Origin: Oscillospiraceae bacterium
GTDB lineage: Bacteria; Bacillota; Clostridia; Oscillospirales; Ruminococcaceae
Direction of reading: 5' to 3'
NCBI GenBank assembly: GCA_902766785.1
Contig: CACXEO010000080.1
Coordinates: forward strand, 17,332 to 81,331
Length of the DNA: 64,000 nucleotides
The position numbers were made by a program, and so were the translations under genes. Below, piece after piece: positions 23,236 to 33,639 of the stretch; position 1 is the first letter of the stretch; every line of letters starts with the position of its first letter. A model generated the notes under the pieces. The model did not search any database and had not been told where the DNA came from. It worked only from the letters and a program-made list of their open reading frames with translations.

Positions 23236-23602
23236 ACCCAATACCTCCTATGCTTTCTGTTTTCCATTTCCTTTATTATAGCCCGTTTTTCCACAGGACG
23301 CAACGCCGGGGAAAACGCCGAATTAACAGGAATACGCCGTTAGGGCGAATCTATTTTTATTATAACCGATACACCTTTGCAAAAGTGAATAAAATATAAA
23401 CCTTTTGACAACGGGCTTTAAAAAAACAGCGTCCCTTTGGCCTCAGAGCCGCAGCGCAGTCAGTTTGCATGATTTGCCGGGGCCCTTTTTGTACAGAACC
23501 GTAAAATCTTTGAAAAAGCTCCCCTTTTTCCACACTTCGTGCTATACTGAAAGCAAATCTTAAAAAGAACCATCCAAACACGAACCAAGGAGGAACCACA
23601 CG

Positions 23603-24715
23603 ATGAACGAAGTACGGATTGGTATTGTAGGAATCTCCAATATGGGGCTACAGCACGCGCGTTATATTGTCCGCGGCGAAATTGAGGGTGCCCGGCTGAC
23701 CGCCGTCTGCGCCACCCGGCAGGCCACAATAGACAGTGCAAAAAAAGAGCTGCCGGAAGACGTGGCCGGTTTTACCGATTATGACGCGTTCCTGCACAGC
23801 GGCTTGATCGACGCGGTTATGATCGTCACCCCGCATTATTCCCATCCCGAACTTACGATCAAAGCTTTTGAGGCCGGGCTTCATGTTCTGGTTGAAAAAC
23901 CGGCGGGCGTTTATACAAAACAAGTCCTCCCGATGAACGAAGCTGCGGAAAAAAGCGGCAAGGTTTACTCCATTATGTACCAGGAGCGGGCAAACCCGGT
24001 GTTTGTAAAGCTTCGTGAAATGATAAAAAACGGCAAGCTGGGCCGAATCCACCGGATTATCTGGATTGAAACCACCTGTTACCGGAACGATTACTATTAT
24101 ACCAGCACCCCCTGGCGGGGCACCTATGCCACCGACGGCGGCGGCGTGCTGCTCAACCAAGCCATCCACCAGCTTGACACATGGCAGTGGCTGTTCGGGA
24201 TGCCGCAGTCGGTCCAGGCGTTCTGTGAGTTCGGAAAATACCACCCCATCGAGGTGGAAGACGAAGCGGTCGCCCATATGCGATATCCGGACGGGGCCAT
24301 CGGTACCTTTATTGCCTCAACAGGGGACGCACCGGGAACCAACCGGCTCGAAATTACTTGCGACAACGGAAAGGTGATTGTGGAAGGGCGGAAGCTGACG
24401 TTCCATAAGCTTGAAATTCCAGAACCGGAATACAATAAAACCAGCACCGAGGCATTTGGTCACCTCAAATCGGTCGTCACTACGGTGGAATACCCGCCGC
24501 GCGAAGGATTTCTCCACCCGGAGGTCACGCAGAATTTTGCAGACGCCATCCTGTACGGCGCGGAGAACAAATGGGATGGCCGCAGCGGGCTGAACAGCCT
24601 GGAACTGGCTAACGCAATGGTTCTTTCTTCCTGGGAGGGGAACAGCGTCATCCCTCTGCCGATGGACGCGGAACGGTATTACAGCCTTCTGGAAGAGAAG
24701 ATTGGAAAGGAATAA
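23603..24715 (+). CDS. Gfo/Idh/MocA-family NAD(P)-dependent oxidoreductase.
   Basis: 370 aa. N-terminal Rossmann fold (RIGIVGISNMG) and an EKP motif (LVEKPAG). Confidence 0.8.
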   Translation: MNEVRIGIVGISNMGLQHARYIVRGEIEGARLTAVCATRQATIDSAKKELPEDVAGFTDYDAFLHSGLIDAVMIVTPHYSHPELTIKAFEAGLHVLVEKPAGVYTKQVLPMNEAAEKSGKVYSIMYQERANPVFVKLREMIKNGKLGRIHRIIWIETTCYRNDYYYTSTPWRGTYATDGGGVLLNQAIHQLDTWQWLFGMPQSVQAFCEFGKYHPIEVEDEAVAHMRYPDGAIGTFIASTGDAPGTNRLEITCDNGKVIVEGRKLTFHKLEIPEPEYNKTSTEAFGHLKSVVTTVEYPPREGFLHPEVTQNFADAILYGAENKWDGRSGLNSLELANAMVLSSWEGNSVIPLPMDAERYYSLLEEKIGKE

Positions 24716-24727
24716 AAACGTAGAAAA

Positions 24728-24755
24728 GCAGGCCCATTAAAGGGCCTGCTTTTTT
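24728..24755. terminator. Bidirectional terminator shared by the Gfo/Idh/MocA gene (+) and the anti-sigma gene (-).
   Basis: AAAGCAGGCCC-ATTAAA-GGGCCTGCTTTTTT. The minus-gene stop codon overlaps the T-run. Confidence 0.75.
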
Positions 24756-25929
24756 AATTAACCGGAATTGTCGCTGAACCGTATTGGATCGAGGCAATCT
24801 CAGCAGGATCGATCGGATACGGGAACATTAAAACAATCATACAGGTATCGACCGTATCTGTTGCCATATACCGGTGTGCATATTTTACATCTCCGCCAAT
24901 TTGTGTACCATCTCTCAAGACTGTGATCGGCAAATAAGCCGCCTCTTTTTCCTTTGACCCCGGTTTTTCAGAAAGTTCTATCCAAAGCGCAAGTTCGGTA
25001 TCCGACGCTCTGTAACTTAAAAGGGTCTGTGTTTCATTAAGCTGGATTGGTTCTTTACAAACACAGTCAATTGCATTCTCAGCCTGTTTGCTTTCTAACG
25101 GCCACTCAATTGTCCATGTTCCTTTTGTATCAACCCTGTTACCAGCACCATCAAGATAACTAATGTTATCAATGGAAAACCCTTCAACCCCCAACGAATA
25201 ATTTGCGTTGACCAGATGATACGAGTGTGTCGTGCTGAAAAGCCAGACCGGGATGACCCCATCGTTTGGGTCATTATCTTCCCGCGGAAGAATATTACCG
25301 CTGCGCCCGCCGGTAAACACAGAAACACTATTATCATCTACAGTCGGGGTAAAATAATCTTCTTTTTGCATGAGACCTTCGTATCCCGCCGATGGAGATT
25401 CAAAAGAAAAAAGCGGAAACCAATCATTACTATTCTCCCACTCAACCGCCTCACTTGCTTTTGCTCCCGAATGCGGTGTAATCACATCCAACTCCGCAAT
25501 TGTGACGTTGCCTTGAACAAAAACACGCCCAACTTTGATTGTGATTCCTCCAGAGGTGGATTCTGTGCCAATAACAGAACAATTTTGCAGGTATTTCTCT
25601 GCAACAAGCCCTTCCAGCCCAAAACCACCCGATAAACCAATCTGTCCATCTCCCGGCTTCCATGTGTTAAGCATTGGCGCAATTGTCGCCGCTCCAACGG
25701 TTATTCCTCCAATTAGCAATGCTGCGGCCGCTATAAGAATCATCAACCTTTTTGATTTCCTGTGCCGTTTTGATTTGCTTTTCCCCTCTTTTTTCGCACG
25801 AACCTGCTCAAAGAGCTTCTTTGCCTCCCGTTCGGTCAGAGGCGCCTCGCTTAATAATTCCTGGCTTTCCAATCCTGAATAAAGCTCTTCTTCCTCGATC
25901 CGGGTGATGATTTCATCCAATTTCCTCAT
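24754..25929 (-). CDS. Putative membrane-anchored anti-sigma factor (DUF4179-like), translationally coupled to the ECF sigma gene.
   Basis: 391 aa. Charged N-terminal domain, one TM (LMILIAAAALLIGGITVGA), a large extracytoplasmic domain, and a 17-nt overlap with the upstream sigma gene. Confidence 0.5.
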   Translation of the reverse strand: MRKLDEIITRIEEEELYSGLESQELLSEAPLTEREAKKLFEQVRAKKEGKSKSKRHRKSKRLMILIAAAALLIGGITVGAATIAPMLNTWKPGDGQIGLSGGFGLEGLVAEKYLQNCSVIGTESTSGGITIKVGRVFVQGNVTIAELDVITPHSGAKASEAVEWENSNDWFPLFSFESPSAGYEGLMQKEDYFTPTVDDNSVSVFTGGRSGNILPREDNDPNDGVIPVWLFSTTHSYHLVNANYSLGVEGFSIDNISYLDGAGNRVDTKGTWTIEWPLESKQAENAIDCVCKEPIQLNETQTLLSYRASDTELALWIELSEKPGSKEKEAAYLPITVLRDGTQIGGDVKYAHRYMATDTVDTCMIVLMFPYPIDPAEIASIQYGSATIPVN

Positions 25930-26488
25930 AATCCAGTCCCCCTTCCCTCAAAACCGCCTCCAGGTCTTGTTTTCTGCGTGATAAAATGTTCTCTACCTTT
26001 TTCGGGGTGAGGCTCAATCGCTCCGCAATTTCTTTCACCTTGAAAAAATAGAAATACCGGAGCAGGAAAACGGTGCGGTCGGGTTCTCTCATCGCCTCTA
26101 CCGCCTGGTGGACTAAATTCTCGTCCTCTCTCCTTGCAATTTCGTCTCCACCGCAGTCCCGTTCCACGATGCAGACCTCTTCCAGAGGCAAAACCGGCTC
26201 TTTCCGGAGCTTTCGTCTATGTGCAAGGGCAGTTGTCCGCGCGATTCCATAACAGTAGCTCCTGAAGCTGGAGCCCAGTTCCGGGTCAAACCGCTCTGCC
26301 GCCTGCCAAATGCCGACAAAACACTCTGAAACTGCGTCTTCCACTTCCGCGCTGCCGCAATCCGCCAGGATATTGCGGCAGATCGTCCGCACCGGGTTTC
26401 CATAAAGCTGGATCGCAAGAATCATTCCCCGTTCCGGTTCCTTTTGGATCAGGCGCGGCAATTCCCGCTCGTCGATCTCTCTTTTCAT
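25913..26488 (-). CDS. ECF-type RNA polymerase sigma-70 factor. The start was refined to MKREIDE, preceded by AGGAGG.
   Basis: Sigma-70 region 2 (FVGIWQAAERFDPELGSSFRSYCYGIARTTAL) and region 4 (FFKVKEIAERLSLTPKKVENILSRRKQDL). Confidence 0.8.
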   Translation of the reverse strand: MKREIDERELPRLIQKEPERGMILAIQLYGNPVRTICRNILADCGSAEVEDAVSECFVGIWQAAERFDPELGSSFRSYCYGIARTTALAHRRKLRKEPVLPLEEVCIVERDCGGDEIARREDENLVHQAVEAMREPDRTVFLLRYFYFFKVKEIAERLSLTPKKVENILSRRKQDLEAVLREGGLDYEEIG

Positions 26489-26574
26489 CTTCCCCCTCCT
26501 CCTTTCCGGGCCCTTCACCTATCTATTGTTCCAAACTGAACTTTTCCCCTCACATTTTTTAAAAATTGGGAAAG

Positions 26575-26606
26575 AAAAAGTCCCGCGAAAAACGCGGGGC
26601 TTTTTC
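26575..26606 (-). terminator. Bidirectional terminator after the nucleoside hydrolase gene.
   Basis: CCCGCG-AAAAA-CGCGGG stem flanked by A/T runs. Confidence 0.7.
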
Positions 26607-26612
26607 TCCTGG

Positions 26613-27527
26613 TTACTGTGTGAGCTTTGTAATAAGATCCTGCATCAACTCATCACGTTTAATACGATAAACGAAACAATAGGTATGTTTTAACGGCTTT
26701 TCTTCATACCAGCCGTTATAATCTGGAAGAAAGAGCGGTTCCTTTTTCCATTCCATAAAACAATCGCCATGGTTTAAAAGCCACCCAATCGCTGTTACAT
26801 CCCAAATTACGCGCGACCACGGCTTTCCGGAAGCATAGCTCTCTGCTTCTTCAATCGTGTTTCTTGCAAGATAATCCGCCAATGGATTTTTGCCAAGCAG
26901 CCAATACTCCAACTCTGGTTTCGAGATACGGAACTCACTTACAACACCAAACCCCGGAACCTGAACAAAACGGACTCCGCTTCCCATTACAACCCGAATT
27001 GCTGCAACATCCTGCTGCATATTAAAATCGTAGGACGTTTTGTAATGCTTCGCATGGCCGCCCAGCCAAACCACTACAATCCGATCTTTGATCTCCGGGT
27101 TAAGAAGCAGTGCCGAAGCAACGTTGGTAATCGCACCGATTGCCGCCACGTAAAGGGGGTACTCCGGCGTATACTGCATCGCACGCGCCGCAAGATCTTC
27201 CGCCGCCGGAGAACGGACTGGGGTTTCCTCATTTTCCAGATAGCGTTCCGATCCCTTGAATATCGGATATGACTCCCCAGCAAGGCGAAGGAGTTTTAAA
27301 ATTTCATCATAGCTTTTCTCCATGCCATCTTTTGGTCCGCTAGATTTTTCGTTTGTAAAGGGCGCCGCATAAAAAGCGCATGGGTTAAGCCTGTCGTTTG
27401 AACGGATTAAATAAGCGATTGCATATTGATCATCAATTTCATTAAAAGCATCGGTATCTAATACAACATCTTTGACGCCGTCAATATCGAAGTTTTCCTG
27501 CATGGCCAATTCCCCTTTCTTTTTCAA
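26613..27527 (-). CDS. Inosine-uridine-preferring nucleoside hydrolase family protein. An alternative start at MQENFD has a better RBS.
   Basis: DTDAFNEIDDQYAIAYLI (DxDxxxDD aspartate cluster), the IUNH fold signature. Confidence 0.8.
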   Translation of the reverse strand: MKKKGELAMQENFDIDGVKDVVLDTDAFNEIDDQYAIAYLIRSNDRLNPCAFYAAPFTNEKSSGPKDGMEKSYDEILKLLRLAGESYPIFKGSERYLENEETPVRSPAAEDLAARAMQYTPEYPLYVAAIGAITNVASALLLNPEIKDRIVVVWLGGHAKHYKTSYDFNMQQDVAAIRVVMGSGVRFVQVPGFGVVSEFRISKPELEYWLLGKNPLADYLARNTIEEAESYASGKPWSRVIWDVTAIGWLLNHGDCFMEWKKEPLFLPDYNGWYEEKPLKHTYCFVYRIKRDELMQDLITKLTQ

Positions 27528-27590
27528 GTATATCTAGCTTTTTAGTTTATCCCAGTCATTAGACCTTGTCAAGAAGGCAGGCTACAATAT

Positions 27591-27624
27591 AAAAAAGGCT
27601 CCGCAAAATTGCGGAGCCTTTTTT
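27591..27624 (-). terminator. Bidirectional groEL terminator.
   Basis: AAAAAAGGCTCCGC-AAAATT-GCGGAGCCTTTTTT, perfectly symmetric, immediately 3' of groEL. Confidence 0.85.
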
Positions 27625-27638
27625 CTTGACTTTTCCGA

Positions 27639-29282
<1,644 letters not shown>

Positions 29283-29309
29283 CTATTTCAAATATAATAA
29301 CTGCAAGGA

Positions 29310-29606
<297 letters not shown>

Positions 29607-29623
29607 CTAAATTTAATGAAATT

Positions 29624-29650
29624 TTAGCACTCGAATCTGATGAGTGCTAA
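29624..29650. promoter_or_regulatory. CIRCE operator (HrcA binding site) that matches the consensus exactly, TTAGCACTC-N9-GAGTGCTAA. It sits downstream of a TTGATT-N16-TACAAT promoter at about 29657-29684 on the minus strand.
   Basis: Read directly in the sequence: TTAGCACTCGAATCTGATGAGTGCTAA in the groES leader. Confidence 0.92.
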
Positions 29651-29768
29651 CTATTACCTATTGTAATTGATTTTTGCAAAAAATCAAGGGCTGTCATATT
29701 TTTATAACAATTTTTGTGCATATATTCCAATAATTATCTTTTTATATATGAATTTTATACAAAAGCAT

Positions 29769-29815
29769 TCCGGAACTTCTGCTTTCGAGCGGAAGCCCCG
29801 GAATGTTTTTATCTG
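29769..29815 (-). terminator. Terminator hairpin ending the low-GC islet gene(s), upstream of the groES promoter.
   Basis: CATTCCGG...CCGGAATG 8-bp outer stem with an inner stem, followed on the minus strand by CTTTTGT. Confidence 0.55.
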
Positions 29816-29822
29816 ATTCTAT

Positions 29823-30203
29823 TTATTCTGCCGCCTTTACCGCCCTTTTGTGTTGATAGGAGCGTACCCCCTTGACAACCGAAGAGGCCAAGAAAACACC
29901 TGCCAGTACAAACGGACAGTCAAGTACTTCGGGCGAAGCAATCCAAGATATCAGTTCAAATTGGGACAGTATCCACCCAACGCTGCCTATGAAAATTACA
30001 AGATCGGTAACCCAGCCGGAACGAAGCAAAAACGCTGCCAGCGCCACAAGGAGGGCAATTATTCCAAGCCCGATATCAGGAACCAACGGGGGAATGGAAA
30101 AGTGGGGCGCACGCGCCAATGCTTCATAGTACAGGTTTAAAAGCCAGGGCAGCGCCAAAAAAAGGATTGCTTTGGCAAAGCACATCCAATAACACTTTTT
30201 CAT
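29823..30203 (-). CDS. Small hypothetical membrane protein (about 4 TM).
   Basis: 126 aa, hydrophobic throughout, located in a low-GC islet. No recognisable family. Confidence 0.4.
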   Translation of the reverse strand: MKKCYWMCFAKAILFLALPWLLNLYYEALARAPHFSIPPLVPDIGLGIIALLVALAAFLLRSGWVTDLVIFIGSVGWILSQFELISWIASPEVLDCPFVLAGVFLASSVVKGVRSYQHKRAVKAAE

Positions 30204-30215
30204 GGTGAAACTCCT

Positions 30216-30932
30216 TTATATTGCGTAATAAATCAAATCCGCATTATAATTATACGAAGCTGTTCCTTTTTTAAACGTATAAGTTCCAAACAAAGAAAGT
30301 TGAGAAGATTGGGTAGCAACATTTTGTACCCAAAGGTTCTGTTCAAAAATATATGTCATATCATCTAATACCGTACTGCTTTTTGTCCCACTCCAAGTAG
30401 CGCTTGCATTAATAGAAGATACCTGTCCATAATCTATGCTGGTTTTGGCCCAAGTATAACCTGTATTCACGCTTACCACTTTAGCCTGAACACTTCTTAA
30501 CCTAGTAAAAGTAGTACCACGTGAATCAACTTTCTCTTCAAAACCAATTCTTTGATAAATCCTACCATATGTACAGGTATAATTCCTGTCTAAAGAGCCT
30601 GAATTGGCAGTAGTTGAAAAAAGGCTTACTAATAGGACTACGCCGTCATCTTCTTCAATCCTTTTTGAAACAGCTGTGTTGATTACTGTATCATCCTGAT
30701 TGTTGTTTTGTACAACACTTGCACGCGCAATACTACCCCGCTGAACATTTTGAAGCGTCAGGTAATCCTGTTCCATCTCTTCATAATAGGAACCATATTG
30801 GTCTAAAATTTCTTCGGTGGACAAAAAATCTTCCGCCTCATTACCCGATATATCACTTTATGCATTAACAAAAAAAGCGCTAGAGCTTACAACAAATAAT
30901 ACCGATATAACAACACTGATTAATCGTTTCAT
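30216..30932 (-). pseudogene. Hypothetical secreted Asn/Ser/Thr-rich protein gene interrupted by an in-frame TAA (30858-30860) directly after a predicted signal peptide.
   Basis: ATG at 30930-30932 encodes MKRLISVVISVLFVVSSSAFFVNA, then TAA. The same frame continues as SDISGNEAEDF-STEEILDQYG... through the 202-aa ORF called from a TTG at 30824. Confidence 0.45.
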
Positions 30933-31186
30933 GATAACGCCGCCTTTAATTATATTAACTACATGATTTTTCATCTTCTGTTTCAATATTTTGTTTAAAT
31001 AAAAAATTCATTGGAATCGACTCCTTTGTTATAACTATATTGCTTATATATTAATAATAAGCCTTTTATTAACATTATACAATATAATATATATTGAATG
31101 TTAATAAAATATATGAATTATTTATAAATATATTACTAGATATAAAAAGGCATCCGGGCCAGCCCCAGATTCCTTTTTAGCTTTTT

Positions 31187-31861
31187 CTATTTTCCTTCCA
31201 GTGGAACTACTTTCAGGTAGACCGCACGGTGGCGGTTGGTAATCACCTGATCCCGGTGAAGTTTACCGAAAAACCACTGCTTAAACTCCACTGTTTTACC
31301 GACCTTTTCAAGCACGTTGTTGATTCTGGAGTTGACATCAATCGGTGGGACATTTAAAAATTCACAGATGCTGACCGGCGCGTCATGGGTGATGATATAA
31401 TCCACCTTGTTGCCCCATTTTACCAACTTTTCAAACGCGTTTGCCTCTTCTTCCGCAGTCGGCTGTTCTTCCGGCCACCAGAGGTTGTTTTCCTCACGCA
31501 GCATTCCATCGGCGCTTTCGCCCCCGCCAAACGCGAAAAAGGTTTTTCCCTCCAGCGTGTATATTTCGCCGCGGCAGAGCTGCATCAACCGCCCTGAAAG
31601 AACCCGCACCGTTCCGCCGCACCATTCCTTTTCAGGATATTCCTTCAAGAGCTCGTAATTGTCATGGCAGCCGGTGACAAAAACAGTGTTAAACCGTTTC
31701 TTCCCTATTTTTTTGAGAAGCTTTTTCTCCTTTTTGCCGCCGTCCCAAACAAAGCCGAAATCGCCGCAGACAATCAAAGTGTCTCCCTTTTTCAATTTTT
31801 TAATCCCGGTTTTTTGAAAACGGCTAAACTCCCCGTGAAGGTCGCCGGTAATATAAATCAT
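31187..31861 (-). CDS. Calcineurin-like metallophosphoesterase.
   Basis: 224 aa. MIYITGDLHGE, GDFGFVWD and GCHDN motifs. Confidence 0.7.
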   Translation of the reverse strand: MIYITGDLHGEFSRFQKTGIKKLKKGDTLIVCGDFGFVWDGGKKEKKLLKKIGKKRFNTVFVTGCHDNYELLKEYPEKEWCGGTVRVLSGRLMQLCRGEIYTLEGKTFFAFGGGESADGMLREENNLWWPEEQPTAEEEANAFEKLVKWGNKVDYIITHDAPVSICEFLNVPPIDVNSRINNVLEKVGKTVEFKQWFFGKLHRDQVITNRHRAVYLKVVPLEGK

Positions 31862-32133
31862 AGTTTTTCGCCCTCGCTGTCTTTTGCGTTATTCTGCCGT
31901 GCACTTGATAGCCCGGTGTAAATCGGCTATAATAATCTGTGACGTCTTTGACGGCATTCTGAAATTTTGACGCCGGTTTTTGCCGCGCCATTCAGGCCAA
32001 TTTTTCAATTAAACGCGGCGCCGTATATCAAGCAGGCCGCAGACGGCAGTTCCGCTGTAACAGCTCTAAAAAGCGGTCTGCCGAAAAACTTGGAATTATT
32101 CTTATCATACACTTAAATGGAGGAATTGTCTAC

Positions 32134-33480
32134 ATGCGCAAGGGTATCACTTCAATTTTTCTGGCGGCCGTCCTCTTCTGTTCCGCTGTTTTCACCCCGC
32201 CGTTGTCGGCGTCGGCCGCATACCACCCCGACTCCGATATCTACAGCGAAGCGGCCTACATGGTCAATACAGACTCGGGTGTGGTGGTTTATGCCAAAAA
32301 CGAAAACCAGAAAATGTACCCCGCTTCCCTCACAAAAATTATTGTATGCATGATGGTTCTGGAAACAGAAACCGATATGCAGAAAAAGCTGAAAATGACT
32401 TATGAAATTCGGGACGAGCTTTATGGCAGCGGTGCGTCTACTATTGACCTGCAGCCAGGGGAAGAAATTACGGTTAAAGACTTGCTCTACGCCGCAATGG
32501 TTCCCTCCGCCTGCGATGCTGCGGCAATCCTTGCGGAATATTACGGCGACGGCAGCCAGGCCGCCTTTGTTGAAAAAATGAATGCAAAAGCCAAGGAATT
32601 GGGTGCCGAAAACACCCACTTTGTCAACGCACACGGGCTTCATGACGATAACCAATACACAACCCCGTACGACATGTATCTCATTACAAAGGCCGCCTTG
32701 GCAACGCCTGGCTTTGAAGAAATCGCCACCACGAAGCGCTACACTTTTAAAGCAACCAATAAGCACCCTGAGGAACGCACCTATTCCCATACCAACCTCG
32801 GTATGCTGGATTCCCAATATGGCGGTTCCTATTATTATCCCTACGCAAGGGGAATTAAAACCGGCACCACCGACGAAAGCGGCAAAAACCTGGTCACAAT
32901 GGCAAGCAAAGATGGATTCAATTACGTGCTGGTCACAATGGGGGCGCCTCTGGAGCTTGACGGCGTCAAGCAAAACCTGGCAATTAAAGACCACCAGAAG
33001 CTCTATAAATGGGCGTTCAGCATCTTTGCGTTTAAAACTGTTTTAAAAACCACCGAAACAATCGGGACCGTTAAGGTTCGGCTTTCTTCCGATACCGATA
33101 CCCTGCAGCTGAACCCCAAAGAAGATTTGACCATCCTTCTCCCAAACAACATCGACCTATCGAGCATCCAGCAGGTAGTCGAAGTTCCTGAGTCAGTTGA
33201 CGCACCGGTTGAAAAAGGAACTGTCATTGGTACCGTTAAGCTCAAGCTCAATGACCAGATTATCGGCCAGTCCGACCTGATCGCGAGCATGTCGGTCTCG
33301 AAAAACTTTATTTACGGCATATGGGACTGGATCAGCGGTGTGATGAGCAGTATTTGGGCGAAAATTATTCTCGGTATCGTAATCCTGTTAATCGTTTTTT
33401 ACATTGTCGTAACAATCCTTTATAACCGGAAGAAAAAGAGAAGAAAACGGCTGACGGTTGATAAACGGAGAAAGAAATAA
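32134..33480 (+). CDS. dacB: Serine-type D-Ala-D-Ala carboxypeptidase (S11; DacB/PBP5-like) with a signal peptide and a C-terminal membrane anchor plus basic tail.
   Basis: SxxK (ASLTKI), KTG (GIKTGTT), and a C-terminal hydrophobic helix followed by NRKKKRRKRLTVDKRRKK. Confidence 0.8.
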   Translation: MRKGITSIFLAAVLFCSAVFTPPLSASAAYHPDSDIYSEAAYMVNTDSGVVVYAKNENQKMYPASLTKIIVCMMVLETETDMQKKLKMTYEIRDELYGSGASTIDLQPGEEITVKDLLYAAMVPSACDAAAILAEYYGDGSQAAFVEKMNAKAKELGAENTHFVNAHGLHDDNQYTTPYDMYLITKAALATPGFEEIATTKRYTFKATNKHPEERTYSHTNLGMLDSQYGGSYYYPYARGIKTGTTDESGKNLVTMASKDGFNYVLVTMGAPLELDGVKQNLAIKDHQKLYKWAFSIFAFKTVLKTTETIGTVKVRLSSDTDTLQLNPKEDLTILLPNNIDLSSIQQVVEVPESVDAPVEKGTVIGTVKLKLNDQIIGQSDLIASMSVSKNFIYGIWDWISGVMSSIWAKIILGIVILLIVFYIVVTILYNRKKKRRKRLTVDKRRKK

Positions 33481-33489
33481 AACACCGGC

Positions 33490-33517
33490 CGGGGGCGCGC
33501 GTTGCGCCCTCTTTTTT
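33490..33517 (+). terminator. Terminator after dacB.
   Basis: GGGCGC-GCGTT-GCGCCC followed by TTTTTT. Confidence 0.65.
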
Positions 33518-33574
33518 ATTTACACTATAATCAACAAATATATTAATTGCTTAATTTAATTATTAATTAATATA

Positions 33575-33603
33575 TTGACAAACTCTCTTCCTAATCCTAA
33601 AAT
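33575..33603 (+). promoter_or_regulatory. Sigma-A-like promoter (TTGACA-N17-TAAAAT) for the GH51 gene, in an AT-rich intergenic region.
   Basis: Read directly in the sequence, about 40 bp upstream of the 33640 start (RBS AAAGGA). Confidence 0.55.
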
Positions 33604-33639
33604 AAAGCCGGATTAATAAGTTGACGAAAGGATGATTTT

